From Mytilus trossulus (Eukaryota): DNA of 64,000 nucleotides. Positions within the stretch are counted from its first letter, which is position 1, and each line of letters opens with the position of its first letter. The translations under genes were made by a program, and so were the position numbers. The notes below the pieces were generated by a model. The model ran no database searches, had not been told where the DNA came from, and saw only the letters and a list, made by a program, of their open reading frames with translations. This document shows positions 1 to 15,400 of this stretch, in pieces. The DNA is taken from contig NC_086378.1 of assembly GCF_036588685.1 (NCBI RefSeq), positions 77,686,001 to 77,750,000 of the forward strand, read 5' to 3'.

Positions 1-333
1 CAGCACTTTTGAATTGAAATAAAATATCATTTATATGTTCTTTTTTTTTGGTTAAAGTATAGTATGGAAAAACTAAAAAAAAAGGGAGTTATTCGAAAAA
101 TAAAAGATTTTTCATGCACCCAGATGTGGTTTTATTATGTGTTTTTGGCACAACCTTTTGTAATTTTCGGTTTTCAAGGCTCTGCAACGTTGTGTTTAAT
201 TTTCCTTTTAACTGTTTTTATTCGAATGTCACTGATATGTCCTCTAATGATAAAACGTGTCCCTGATATACAAAATTCAATGCTAGTAGGTTTAATAAGT
301 GTTTGACAAATCAAAATAGTAATAAAGAGATAC

Positions 334-481
334 CTGTAACCAGTTGCGGTGCTGCAAATTACTTTTGCCTCATTAAGTGATATAGTATTATCGCATAGAC
401 TGCCCCAGTTGTGACCATCATATATATCAACTCGGCCTTCATATTTGTCTTGACCATCATTTAACTTAACATTCATTTCCC
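334..481 (-). CDS. SRCR D18 exon A (148 nt); partner B exon beyond the window's left edge
   Basis: [48 protein letters not shown]; acaaag| and |gtatct. Confidence 0.88.
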
Positions 482-3400
482 CTTTGTTGAAAATGAAAAC
501 AATTACTAACGTGTAAACTAGCCCGATAGATTTAATTATAGTACATAAAAATACACTATATCACATCATGTATTTGCATACCTTTAACAGGTATTCCTAC
601 AATAAACTATAGCTAGGTGAAGACTACTGACTCTTAGGTTTATCAACTAATAGATATTCTAAATTAGTTTTGATTTGATAAACATGGTGCTTCAATTACC
701 GTGTTGATGTTGGTATATTATTTATAGTATACATGTATTTTAAAAGCTTTGTTTAACTCCAAACTAACAAAAAATAAACATGAATGTGTCAATAGTACAC
801 GGATACCCCACTTGCACTATGAGTTTCTATGTTCATTGGACCGTGAATTTTGATAAACATGGTGCTTCAATTACCGTGTTGATGTTGGTATATTATTTAT
901 AGTATACATGTTTTTTAAAAACTTTGTTGAACTCCAAACTAACAAAAAATAAACATGAATGTGCCAATAGTACACGGATGCCCCACTTGCACTATGAGTT
1001 TCTATGTTCATTGGACCGTGAATTTGAAGTAAAAACTATCCATTTGGCATTATAATTAGAAAGTTACATCATAGGTCACATCTATACAAAGCTTCAATTT
1101 GGTTGTACTTAAACTTCATGAAAAACTACCTTCACCTGAAACATTACCGAAAATATATTGCCCCTAAGTGGGGCATCAAAACGGAGGTAAGATATAAATA
1201 TAAAACATATTTAATAATCTAATACAAATAAATCTGATACAAATCAACTAATCTGGTTCAAGATCGGTCTCTGTTTTTTTATGACAAGAAGCCAAATAAT
1301 AAAGGACGCATTTTCCTGGGATGTTGTTTCTTCAATCTGAATTTATTCATATCTATAAACTGTCCCGGTTATTTAAGGTTTTACCATCTATTTAAACCGG
1401 AAAACAGCTCTCGCCAATTGGTAGTAGAACACCTTGTGATACAAGCACAAGTTATCTTGCCTTTTCAAGCAATGTACCAAATGGAACTGTTGTTGTGATA
1501 CCAATGCAACACTTTCTTGATGTTTTTACCTACAGCCCCAATTGGTAGTGTAATAGTTTTGTTCTGACGTGTGGATTTATTTCGGATGACTTAGGTATCG
1601 GTGTAGGGACGGTTGTAAAAATGTCTGTACTAGTATCTACACAGTTGGTGGATTGGCAATACTGATGTAAGCATTATGGCAGAACACGTTATTGTTCAAG
1701 GTTTAGAAAACATATTTTTGTTGTTTTGAAATTTTTCTGCTATGGGCTTTTTTTGACTATGTGTATAAGACTAACACCATTTAGGCGTCATTGCTAACAA
1801 TTAAATTCTCGTATTATTGGCTATGTACATGCATCTATTTCAGTGCGACTCCTTGAACTAAACAAACATACGAAAATAATGTGATATACCAGCAATATGA
1901 TATTTCAACACAAAAAATGCTAAATATTTGCGTGAGATTTGAACCCCTAAGTTGTAGTAAATATGACAGACACACTAAATAAAGGCAATAATAGTTAACC
2001 GCTGTTCAAAAGTCATAAACCGATTGAGAGAAATCAAATGCGGATAATAACCGACGGAAACACATCAACTATTTAAAAAATACAACAGAACACTGGTGTG
2101 AAACAAAATACAATTTGATTTTTGAGGAAAAATGTTAAATAAACTACAACCTAAAAAAAATAACTGAGTTTTGGTTTGACATGTCCTTCTCGGTGATTCC
2201 GTTTTTCCAACAAAAAACACGCTGAATTCGGCATATTCGGGTGTCATCCTTTAACGGGAATACAATGACTATATTTCAGACATATCCTGATATATAAAAA
2301 ATCGAGGTAAGATAAAAAGTAATTGAAGAATGGAATTCATTGACAACCAATTTCTGCTCTTTCATTCAATCTGTAAACTTAACGCAAGATTTTAGATAAA
2401 TGTTGGATAGGGAATAATCATATGATAAATCTTTAAAATTGCTCTTTTTAACATAACTACCTGTACAGTCTACTCCTACAGCTTCGTCTGTACACGTTTC
2501 TTTGTCCATGAAGGCTTTACAGAGTCCAATGTTGTCCTCTTGTCCATGGCATCGTAACGACCCAATTAAAATAGCTGATCCATTTCTTTTAGCCAAAAAT
2601 GATTTACCTTCAGTGTGACTACAATTCGGAAACCAAAACATTGAAGAATACTCATTGTAAAAGATATAACTCATTTATTAAAAGTGATAAAATGATTCAT
2701 TAGTTTGAGTTACAAGTGGAAACGTACTGATGTTGTTTTTAATCTGTATAACGTGTTGTAGTATTCTTTTATTTGTCTTTATTATTATTACTTTTACTGT
2801 TTAGTCGGTGTTTGGTGTTATCCATTTAACGTGGCTCTGTACTTATACATCCCGCCATTGTGTTATTGCGTTATGATAATTTTTGTATTCTTGACTTTCT
2901 TATTTGCAAATGTTTTGTCTTTACGCCCTTTTGTGTTTTTTTATACCTTTTTTACGATAAGAGATAGACAAGCGGCAAGGGAAACTTCTAATTTAGATTC
3001 TAAAATAACTGTTGGTTATATTCTGTTCATACTTTGGACGACAGTACTATTTTTATTTTACCTGTGTGACTTTTATATGCTTATCAACTGATGTATGTTA
3101 AACGTGCGATCCTGTTTCAGAGTTAATGTTAACCTAGCAATGTGCCTGTTAGGGTACGGATTCGGTCCAAATACTTAGTATTATAAATCAGCAATAACTG
3201 AGGTTGTTAAATTAATTTCTATGCTTTTTGGGGCTTTTTTGTTACATATTTGTATCTTTTCATAGTGCTTAGAATTAACACAGTGTTGACTGCTGTACCC
3301 CTACTTTTAACATTTTAATATATAATGTCTGTTTGTTTTGTTCATGCATCGTTGTCAATATAGTGAAATTTGGAGCGGCTTTCATATATGTGAGAGGTTC

Positions 3401-6400
3401 AGCTTGCTATAAATTAAAACAAGGTTCAATCTACCATTTTCTACACCAGGTCTCATCTGCACTTATACCACATCTTCTTATATCTTTCAAACACGACAGT
3501 ATGCTCATTTTATATGGATAGTTATCCTTGATTACCGATAAGTTATACCTTGTCACAGAAATGGAAATGCCATGTATTTTATTATATTGTAGGTGTCTTT
3601 CAATCTTAATTGCAGTCATCAAGAGATAGCTTTATATTTATTTGTATGTAAATGATATGATCGAAAAATCTATACACTAAACTATGTGAATTTTCATCTA
3701 TTAAAAAATATGAAAACAGCATGTTTTTTAAGAATTAAACTCTGTAAAACAAGTACTAGTTATTTGTTTATCTGTATTAGGAAGATATACACGGCTTAGG
3801 CTAAAAGTCTTTTAATTTTTTGAATTTTCGTTTAAATTTTGAAACAAAAAGTTCTGTATTTAAAATCAAATATGTTTTTGCATACAAGAGTATCTGCAGA
3901 AGTTGACAAAACACCATACGCTAGCGTGAAGAGAACGTCGCCATTTAAAAAAATATATATCACAAAAGAAATACAAATTCGTCTCTTCTTGGAATGTAAG
4001 TAGTATTAGGATTTCAATTACAGTTAAAGATATCAAGATCCAGAAACGGATAGTGTTGGTGGTAAGCATAAGCTTTATCTAAATTAAGTTCATCAAGATA
4101 ATCATCGGTTTACATAGGTCATTATTGTAAGTCAAAATATCGTCGAAGTATCTATGTTGAAGTGTTATTAAATATTTGCATCACATTTTGTGTCAATGGG
4201 GTTTTGAAGCTATTTATCATAATCTTAACAATACAGCAACAAAAAAGTCTGCAAAACATGCTGCACAGTAAGACTTCATTCGAAATCCGATTACCTAAGA
4301 ATTTTCCATAGCAAATTATTCATTCTGACGTTTAAATGCCTATTTTAACAGAAATGTGGACTTTATCTCCGTCCTTGGTATTATTGAGAGTATTAGGCAA
4401 AGTTTAATACATAGTAGAAAAATCGAATGCTTAAAAAAATTGAAAGCAAGATGAGAATGCAATTTATCGAGTTCTTCCTACGAAGTTTTAATACTCCATA
4501 ATTAATTATTTCCACTAATTTCATATATCATCTGTGAAAAATTCATTATCAGGTTTTAAATCATATTACGTGTACTAGAAAGTACGATGTACAGTTACTA
4601 TCATTAAAAGAGGAACATTGGCTGGCAGACAAAAAACATATATCTGTAAGGCGTTTTGTGCAGATTCGGAAGCCAGAACATGGTTGGCACCTCCGTGTTA
4701 TTCGGTTCTGCTTATACAGAGTTAACAATTATTTAATGTTTTTAACGATGTAATTTTCCGAAAATTTGGAATGTTGTAGATTTTGTGAATTCCTAAGCAG
4801 TACTTCAATATAAAATTATCGTCAGACAAACGTTTTACCATTAAACGCAATATATTTTAAAGGTTGTTGTCGCATTTATGAAAATATATTCGATTGTTTT
4901 GCATTATTTGGTTTGCACTTTCTAGTGTTTGATCTATGAGTTTTAATGTCCTTCTGGTATCTTTCGCACCACTTTTCTAGACATATTGTTATTCAAAGTC
5001 TTTTCAACAGTAAAATATGTAGAATTTCTATGATTGAACAAGTAATTATACTATACTTATATGCAAATACAAATTCAACTAAGTAATACAGTTAGGTGCT
5101 CTGCAAATTTCTGTCAAATTTGTTCTTTTGTTTAGCATGTAATAATTACATCAGATGTATGTTTCACTATAATACGTTAGTCTGATTGGCTAACTGCACA
5201 TTACATGTTATTCCGTAAGCAATTGCATTAGCCAATAAAATTTATCATTCATGATGACACGAGGTCCCCCAATGAAGTGCACAGGTGAATTAAATAAAAC
5301 TTGATAAAAAACGTGCTTTCATGATTCTAGCTAAAAATGTAATTATAAGTATTGAATGCTTCTTTTTGTAATTTTATAGGGTTGTAAAAGCGTTGATCGT
5401 GCGTACATTTTTAGAAAATGTACTTCGGTCAACGCTTTCACATCCAAATAAATTTACAAAAAGAAGCATTCAATTCTTAAAAAGCTTGACACATCGATTC
5501 ATATACCATAGTAATACTTGTATAAACGCTTTCACATTTATAAAATATATCATTGTACATACCTATATTTTAACATTTTACAAAACACTTTTGTATTTTG
5601 TTCATTCCACCTTCTCCAACAGAACGATCCCCAATGGTTGTTGTATTTTACTTCGATCCTCCCTTTTCCTGGCTTGTCTCCATCAATAAGTCGAACATTA
5701 GAAGTATCTTAAACAAATTGAAAAGTAATGAGATTTATATTGAAACCTTTTAAGATACAAGATATATATATAATGTTTGTCAAACAAAAGTTCTCAAAAG
5801 TCTAGGTTTTGGAAATTTTCAACATATTAAGACGAATAACAAGATACTCGTATGTCAAAGAGTTTCTAATAAGCTACAACAGACTATCTAAATGGTTTTT
5901 TTATTTTTTAATTTTTTTATTTATATATCAAGCCGTTTTACAATTTGTTCTATCTTCAAAGTATATCATATACAACAGGAGATGTGATATAACTTCCAAT
6001 GAGACAACTCTTCGGAAGACACAAAAGACAGAGAAATTAACAACTAAAGGTCACTGTAGATCGTCAACAAAAGTCAAACACATACCACAAAGTCAGCTAT
6101 AAAAGCTACGATATTTTATAAAACTAGATTATATAAAGAATGTGTTTGATATGTTAAACGGCTTGCAATAGTGTGTATCCCCATATGGGCTTTATATTAA
6201 CAGTACAAACTGTTTCTGTAGGCATTATATGAGAATAAGAAAGTTACTCTCCGTTACTTCTTTAAGATTGATGAAATATTTCAACTCTTCAATTGTTGAA
6301 TAAGGAAACATAATTTAAGTCATTGTCAACTCAAAAATAATGCTAGAAACCATCACTCTTATTTGAATAATAAGTTCCTAAGAACATTGTTTGTTCATAC

Positions 6401-9400
6401 TGTAATTACCTTGTTGAGGATAACCAATATTTGAAAAAATTGTCCTAAGTACAATTAATGATGTTAGACATTTTTAGATTTTTTTATATGATTACTGCTG
6501 TCTTTTAAATTTGTCCAAAAAGACATCAGTGACTCTCACCGTTTTGTTTGAAATTTTCTTAATCTATTCTTAATTTTTCTTAATTTTTCATTTCTTACCC
6601 TTTTTCAATAACATTAATTAATGTATTTTAATACGATAGCTTATGGTCTTTTGCAAACCCTATATATATATATTATATATATTTCAAACGACCTATAAAG
6701 GATATTAACATGTATCAAAGTACTTGCAAAAAATGATGATGAGTTGCCTCTATGTATATATAATAAGCAATATATATGTTTCATGTTTGTGTCTTATTTT
6801 ATATACAACTATATTACTATTTGTACTGATTACTGGTTTATATCCTGTAGAGAGTGTGAATAGGATGTGCCTGTTGCTCAATCATTTTTATAGCTTTATG
6901 AATGAAATGTGTTTAAAATCAAAGGAGTAGGTCCGGTAAGGACCGATTTTGGCCTCAAATTTCAGATTCATCTTACGAGGGATTTTGACCACTTTTTAAA
7001 CACGTAAGTGTCTATTTCATTTGAATCAATTAGTTTATGTTAAAGATTTTAACTCATTTTATCATTTAAAATGACCCGATTCAAGCTCAAATATGAAAAA
7101 TCTACCAAATATGCCAAACAATGTCACTTTTCAGATGGTTTTCGTCAAAAATGGAAGTGGCCGCATCCGTGTTCATCCTCAATCTTTATATATGTTATGT
7201 TTTATCATAAAATACAACTTACATTTTAATATTAAGGATGAACACAAATGCGGCCACTTTCGTTTCGCACGAAAACCGCCTAAAATATAACAAAAATGCT
7301 AGAATTGTGAAGATTTCTGTAATTTAGCCTGACCTAATGGTGCTAGTACCTGATATATGTGCATTGCATGATCAAAAAAAATATCTTACCTAATGTCGTA
7401 GGAGTACATTGTACACCAGCATCATCCGCATGAGAACAAGTCATTTCATTCCAAGATTTTTCTAACGGGCAAAAAGATATTTTAGTTTCAGTTCCCATGC
7501 ATTGTGGTCTCAGATCTTGTGACGTCCCATTTCCTTCACCAAACCACGAATTTGAAAAGAACTGCACATTTGAACTCCTATGTCGTTGAAAAAGAAATGA
7601 ACAAAATGCCTTCTGAATAAAATTTTGGTTACTGAGATATTTCAATATCCAAGAATGACCTCACAGATATATTGATAGCATTTGGGTTAACTGGTAGAAG
7701 AACAAAAGTTTAATTTCTTGAACTTTAAATAAAGTTACAGGTAGATTTGAAAGCCACCTGTTTTGTTTATTGATACACAAGAGAGACTTGGAGACATATA
7801 CTGAACGACTTTAGAAACGCAACACTTTAAAAAAATAAATTTGAATGAATGTATCACCGTCAAAACCAATGACTGCCTGTTACAAACGCCAAAATGATTG
7901 TCCGAAAGGTCAACAAATTCTGTCTGACATGTTTTGGGTTCTGTTTTACGCCTTATGATTTTGCATTTGTTATACCCATTAATTGATTTTGGAAATTATG
8001 CAGTTGGAACTTGAGGGCTTTAAAGGTTTTCGTTCAGTCGATTCTTTGGCAATTCAGTTGACGGGAAACATTTATTGCTTGAATTTGTACGCAATGGTAT
8101 TCGGCAATTTGATTAACAGTTGACGTTGCAGCCGTAAATGTGGCTGGCAAAAGACGTTGCATAATCAAAATCTGCTGACGTTTCATTGTCAATTCTAGTT
8201 GGTCTGTTCATTGATGGCCAGCAACAAATTTTGTCTGCATGTATCGCTGTCGGAAGGACAGTTAGACGAGTTTCTGAAGTCCTTCACTATGGTTGCAGCA
8301 CGTTAATGTTTTCTTGTTTGTAGTAATCTGAAGGGTTAATTCAGTTGTTTATTTATTAGTCTCGCCAATATGGAGATGCAACACTATTTAACAGGTTGAT
8401 GTGAGGTAAAAGACTGAAAGAACTGTTTCACAAAGCAAAAAATAAACTTAAACAATCTTTCATGGATCCCAACTTTCGCTTTGAGTAGTCGTGCGACTTA
8501 GAATATTTGGGATGTTCAATAACCACAGGTAAGTCAGATTTTGATATTTTGTAAAGAGAAAGAAGTATGGAAAGCATAAAAAGTAGTTGTGAGAGAATCA
8601 AACACGATTTGGTAAAACAAATCAACAAAACGAGTGTTGCGTTTTTAAGGTCGTTGAGTATATATTTATATAGAGGAAACAATTTATCAATCTGCTTGCG
8701 CATTAGTTACACTTTTATCCACTCTTGGAGTTAAATATGATATGTAAGATTCATACATATTCACTGAAATGTCGTCGTTATTTACTTATAAAAAGAAACT
8801 AAATATTTACTTCATTTAAAGTTAAGGGTTTAGGGTATTCAGAAAAGGAAAAAAAAAAAACTTTAAACATTGATTTAGTAACACTCATTGAAGTACCATA
8901 TATTTTATCAATGTTTAAAAAGAATTTGAATCCATCTCAATTAACCCCGAAGCTTACCAGTATCCAAGTTCTCGGCAAACAGTCTGTGCTTCTTGAGTTC
9001 CAAAGTCTTTGTCACACAGGGTATTCCAATCACCGTTAATGTTGATAAAAACCGTGCCTTCAGCTGTTGTACTCACTGGCCGTGATAGTTTGATTTGCTC
9101 GGCAACTGCAATTGCAATTTAGATATGACTTAATGCAAGTCCCTAAATCAAAATAGCCATCTAGTTTCATATTAAGAATATATTTTATCAAATCTTAGTA
9201 ATATTCTAAGAAATAAGTTTTCGTGATACAACAGACGATTATTAATACAAGTTTGACCGAAAACTATATGAAAAAAAAAGAAATATCATCATGTAATTAA
9301 TGAACAAACAAGAGGCTAATCGATAGACAGCAAACATTATTTGTCTGACATATCATGAAAATGATACTTTAAATCTGGAACCCAAAACAGGATCAGGTAC

Positions 9401-12400
9401 AAAGTATTTCTTTTATGGTTTAGAAAAGAAAAAGTTTTAATTGTCGCTAGTTAAAGGTCTCAACAATGCCACTCAAATGTCTTAAATCAACACCTCATCA
9501 GTCATGGGAAACAATATATCTAATTTTGAAATTATTTTGTTAAATTGTTATCCGAGATTACTGAGCGAACACGTTTTGACAGTCGCTCGCCCGACCAGCG
9601 CAGAATCACCAAATTGATAATTGATAAATTGGAAATCCGGTTAATAAAGAAAAGGAATTTCCATAAACCTTCAAAGATACGATGGCATATGCGTCGACAG
9701 GACGAGCGTCTCTCATATGTTAAATTTTAAATGTACATTTTGTGTATTTTATAGGGTTGTAATAGAGGTCATAGTTCCTCACTGCACTGAACAAAGCAAA
9801 AGGAATACATATCAATAAAACAAAAAACTTACATATAGATATACAAGTGAATTAAACCCGTTAATGTTTTGTTTCCCTCTGTCATATTCACTAAGTAAAA
9901 GTTTCTGCTTAGTCCACATGGTGGTATTTTGCATCTTTTTTATGGATCATTTTTTAAGTAATTTTAGATTTTCCAGAAAACTAAGTTGACGTGTATTTAT
10001 TGTTATTTTGTAACTAAAAATAAATGATCTCTGAAAGTAAAAATATTTGTAAAATTAACTAGGTCAGATGTTTTAAATTCCTAAAGTGTACCTAATTATT
10101 TGAAAGACTAGAATACTTATCAATAAATCAAAAACAAATATATAATTATATATATATACCAGTGAAATCAAAATCGTTAAGTGTTTGTTTCCCTCTTTCA
10201 TATTTGCAAAGTATTCGTTGCCGCGTAGTCCACATGGTGGTATTTTGTATCTTGTTAATGGATCTTTTTTAAGTAATTATAAATTATCTTCTAGATTAAA
10301 AATAGTACGAACTAAGTTGACTTGTGTTTATCGCTATTTTGTAACTAAAAAACAAATGATCTCTTAAAGTAAAATTAATTGTAAAACGATCTAGGTCAGA
10401 TGTTTTACATTCATAAATTGTACCTAATTATTTAAAGGACTAGCATTTTAAGTATGGTTATAATAAAACATCATAATGACGACTAATTGCATCGCATTCT
10501 ATTTTATTCCAACGTTACCATTTTCCCCAAATGAAATTAAATATTTTACAAATGTGTTTGTTATATTTTACGTTAAAGATAGTACTCAATACTATTTTGA
10601 ATAATTATTTTATTATTTCTTAGGTTTTCTTTTTTTATGTTCTAAACAATAGAAATATTAAAAGCTATGAATTATTCTAATAATATTTAAGATGGTGAAC
10701 TATAAGTAGATGCGGAATCCTTCTTATATTGCACTTTTTTAAACAGAATACTCCTCTTTTGGTGTATTAAACAGTTATCCATAATTATAAAAAATAAAGT
10801 AGAAGTTCTTAAGTTTGATCAAATCATGTGCAGTTGAAACACACTCTTTCGAAGTATATGATATCACTCAAACATTTGTGTAATTCAGAGCTTGAGTTTA
10901 AGTTTTAATGACACACTCTAACATTATCTTTAGCTTTTTACGAACCAATTTTTGTAATTTGTTTTTTGCCTCCATTACCGTCTCCTCAATTCTGATGTGT
11001 GACCTTTCTTTTAACAAACCTAGTTTTGTGTCGCGTTTTTTTTCTTATTGTTATATACATATACCCTATAGAAAAACATGTTTTACACTATTATATACTG
11101 ATCTGAATAATATATTAGATCGATGGCTTACAAGAACATGACACTCCAGCTTCGTTCGAGTGATCACAAGTTGGTATTGCTACTTCTTTAAGCGTACAAT
11201 GCATCACATCAATTTCCGTTCCGTTACATTTAACACTAGAGTATGCAATTTTTCCCGTCCCGTGACCAAAGAAACTGTTACGGAAGGCTTTACCGCTAAC
11301 TCTCCTGAAAAATAAATCTAAAAGTTTATATCGCATACATGTGTAAGCTAGTTTTATCATAGTTCAAGCACAGTGGATTATGCATGGTTTTAGAATGAAA
11401 GGGACGTTGTCTATGCATTACTTCATTACAATTGACTTAAGCAATAGTTTTGTAATTTTGTAGGAAAGGAAAGAATTCGGAATTTCTTAACAATTTTAAG
11501 AAGTAGCTGTTAAAAGTTCTTTAACGTTTTTTGTATTGCTACTTCATGTAAATTATTGCATTACATACTTTGGTAATAATGAAAAATTAATATCCACTAT
11601 CCATTATTGTTTAAGAACGTAGAAATATAAATAGTAAGAAAGTAGTCACGTAGTTGTGTTAGTATTCTTTTTTTCTCACATTTTTCATTTCTAATTAACT
11701 TGAATCAATATAAAATTGCGTGAAGACTATTTCAATACGGTTTGCCTTTGTATTGAAAAGTTGGCTATTGAAGGATTTTGTGAACTTAAGGTTTTGTTGT
11801 TCAAATTCTTTAGAATATACGCATTACATTCAGTTTATCTTCGTGTACACAAAATACTTCTGCAATACTGACATTCTTTGTTTAAAAGCAATAAATGTAA
11901 ATAAAAAAGAAAAAGGGAATAACATCTCCGTTAAAATCCAATCCTTAGTCGTCGTTGTTCTGTCCAACAGTTATTTTTAAAAGCCACGAAATTATATATA
12001 ACTATTTCTTTTTTAAAATTAAAAGGAAGATATATATATATATATATATATATGTCGAATATAATTCATATGAATGATTATACCTGTCGAAAGGAAAAGT
12101 CGAAAGAGTTTTGCAAACAATAGTTGCTTCCACGTTATCCCAGTCGTCATCACATACCGCGGACCACATTCCGTTTACAAGGAGTTCTACTCTTCCTTCC
12201 ATACTGTGACTTCCTCCAGTAAGACGGAGGTTTGATTCTCCTTAGAAAAGAAACATTTTCAAAATCGATGTTAGATAGTTTCAATCATTAGTGTCCTGCA
12301 TTATTTCCTCTACATGTGTTTCACAACGTACACATTAATAAGTTTCTCATGATTTACTATCTTTCTATTTGTTTTTCTTCAAAATAACTGTTTCAATAGA

Positions 12401-15400
12401 CTGACTTTTTAAATAGAAACATTAACAAATTTGGTACTGTAGGAATTTCGTACGGTTTGTGTATTGTGAAGATTATACAACTGGATTTGTTAAGGACTCA
12501 TAGCTATATTTTCACAATTTAACTAAAAATACATCGTTCAGCGAGTGGATGGCAATTTTTAGAGAAAAAATTTCAAACTGCAAATAAATATTTAATATAT
12601 ACATACTACAATCTACACCAGCTTCTTGAGAACTACTACAGGTCGTTGGTCCCCAAACTCCCCGAATACAGGCATGAATGTCCAACTCTGTTCCAGAACA
12701 TGACATCAAACCCAAACGAGCAGCTGAGTTGCTGGCCCCAAAGAGAGATGACAGTTTTGCCCTTGGTGAAGTATATCTATATCGAAGAAAAGATTAACAA
12801 AACATATCAGAGATACTGAAGTCGTTTAACTTCACATCAACACATACACATCCGCATGCAAATCCATAAATTTATTACAGAATCATTTGGAAACGCAGCA
12901 ATGGACATGATAGAACTGTTGTTACTGTTCTCAACTATACAGATAAAGCCTATAATTTATATTCGATAACTGAAAAGACAACACCAAAAGAAGTATTATA
13001 TAACCGATTATATGTTATTCCTACCTACACTGAAGTAATTAATATGCATAGATATTTGATTAGTTGAACTCGTACAATTAAGTTTGAAATTGTGTTCATG
13101 AAGCTTAAGTCATCTTAAATTTTACATTTCAGTACGGAAGTAATTACAAGATTCAATTTTTAAAATTAGATTGATTTTTTTTATAGATGAAGATTGTTGC
13201 ACAAATGTTTCAACTTGAAACGATTAAGTTCATGTGACGAAACTGTTATTTTTATCTAACTTTAACCACAAACTTTAACCTATTTTTTTCATTTCGTTTA
13301 AACTGATTTCTATGTCTAATGAACCGTATAACGAGAACCGGTTTAAGGTCCAGTTGAAGAAACAAAATCGTAGACAAATACATGTACATGTAAGATCAGA
13401 TACATTATCAACTACTGACTTCTAAAATCATTCAATAATAAGGAGCGCTTGTATGCTGAATATATATATTAAATATTCAAGTTAATTCAATATCACATAG
13501 CTTACATGTCTATTTAAAATATATTACTCAGACTACCGATCTGTGCAAGACTGCCATTGAAGAGGGGCGTACAGGGGGTATCTGCACGGAAAAACGTGAA
13601 ATACAATTGTCATTTCACGATGAACGAACAATTATTTTTTCTTGGCTAGTTGATCTTTTTATCGATTTCACGATACACGATGAATAACGAACCTATTTCA
13701 CGGCTGCACGTGAAATAAAAATGTCAAAACACGTTGCAAGAAATAAACCCTTGTTTCGAAGTGGTTAAGTTGAAAGCATTCCTTCTGCAGTGATTATAAC
13801 GCAACTATAATTGATTTGAAGAATCATTATTAAATATCCGTGTCAGAGATATCAATAGAAATGCAAAAAACGTTAATGAACTAATCTTCAGGATATCTTT
13901 CCCTTGTGGGAATCACAATCCCATACTAATGTCCAGTTTCAGTATGCTCTTTTCCATTGGTTCATTTATTTCGATATAGAAAAACAGAAGTAGAAATACC
14001 TCATGAAGTTTTTATTGCCCAATATTTGTTTCCCTGATCGTGTTGATCGAGTATGGTTTCGTTAATTTGTATCAATATTATTCTAATCTATTGCGAGCAC
14101 AAATCACGCAAGACATAGCTTAACGTTTGTGCTTCCGACAAAGTTTATAATAGACAATACAAGGTTCAACATGTTTCGAATATTAATTTCAACCATAAAT
14201 GTTCTGCACATATGGATAATCAAATTAGAGAGATAAGTGTATAGTTGAAGGTCATAAGCAGTCTTAGAAAAACAATACTGAAGAATTCCAAAAATACAAG
14301 TACATAAAAGTGACAATGTAGAACCATAAATACTCATAAAAATTACAAACGCCAAGCAAAACTAAAATAGTAATATTTTAACTTTTCTTAAACGAAATCG
14401 ATATAAGTTCCGATAAAATTAATTTCATATATCTAACTAAGGTATTGAAATATTTAACCAAAGGATCCAGGGAGCCTGTGTTGCTCACCTGACATTTTTA
14501 TTTACAGTTGATGAATGAAATAATTCAACCGTAATACATTTGCCTTACTTTCAGGGATATAGTCAAAAACTGCATTTCCCCCGATCTTCTATTTCTAGCC
14601 ATGTTGGCCATGTTGGTTGGCAGGCGGAGTCATCAGACACTTTTGTTAAATTAGATACCCAAATAATTGTGACCAAATTAGTTAAATTTGTTTCAGTAGT
14701 TTTAGAGGAAAAGATGTTTTTGCAACATTACAAAAATTTACAAACAATTATTAAAAAAAAATACTATAAAGAACAATAACTCCTTAATGGGTCAACTGAC
14801 TATTTTGGTCGTGTTGACTTAATAGTTGATTTTACTTTGCTGACCATTATTGTTGTTTACAGTGTATCTCTATCTAAAATAGTTTTCAAGATAATAACCA
14901 AAATCTTGAAACTTTCCTTAAAATTACCATTTCAGTACAGCGACCATACAAGGGGTTGTATGATATTTCAGGGTAGATAGATCTTGATCTTGTAAACAGA
15001 TTTACCCTATGTCAGATTTCGTTAAAGGTTTTGGCTTCAGAGATAAATGTACAATCTATATTTTACCCATAGGTTCTATTTTTAGCCATGGCGGCCATCA
15101 TGGTTGGTTGACCGGGTCATTGGACACATGTTTTAAACTATATACCTAAATGATGATTGTGGTCAATTTGATTAAATTTGTCTCAGTAGTTTCAGATGAT
15201 AAGGTTTTTGTACAAGTGTACGGACAACGACGGACGTGAAGTGATGAGAAAAGCTCACTTTGCTCTTTGTGCAAGGTGAGCTAAAAATCACTTGAGAAAT
15301 AAGAAAGATATGGTATGCGTGTCAATGAGACAACTCCACATCATAGTCACAATTTATGAAAGGTAAAATATTAATTGAGTTGCAGTAACCGAATCCATAT

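Noticed and set aside
5600-5615. Possible early donor AG|gtggaa in D17A
   Set aside because: Reading on to 5563 restores the second Cys, a normal exon length and a stronger gtatgt donor
6920-7368. Probable DNA-transposon fragment starting ggagtaggtccggtaag
   Set aside because: No matching right TIR or second copy in the window, so not listed as a feature
7900-8703. Slightly GC-richer stretch with a 91-aa ORF
   Set aside because: No recognisable motif or splice-compatible exon; probably an old element I cannot classify
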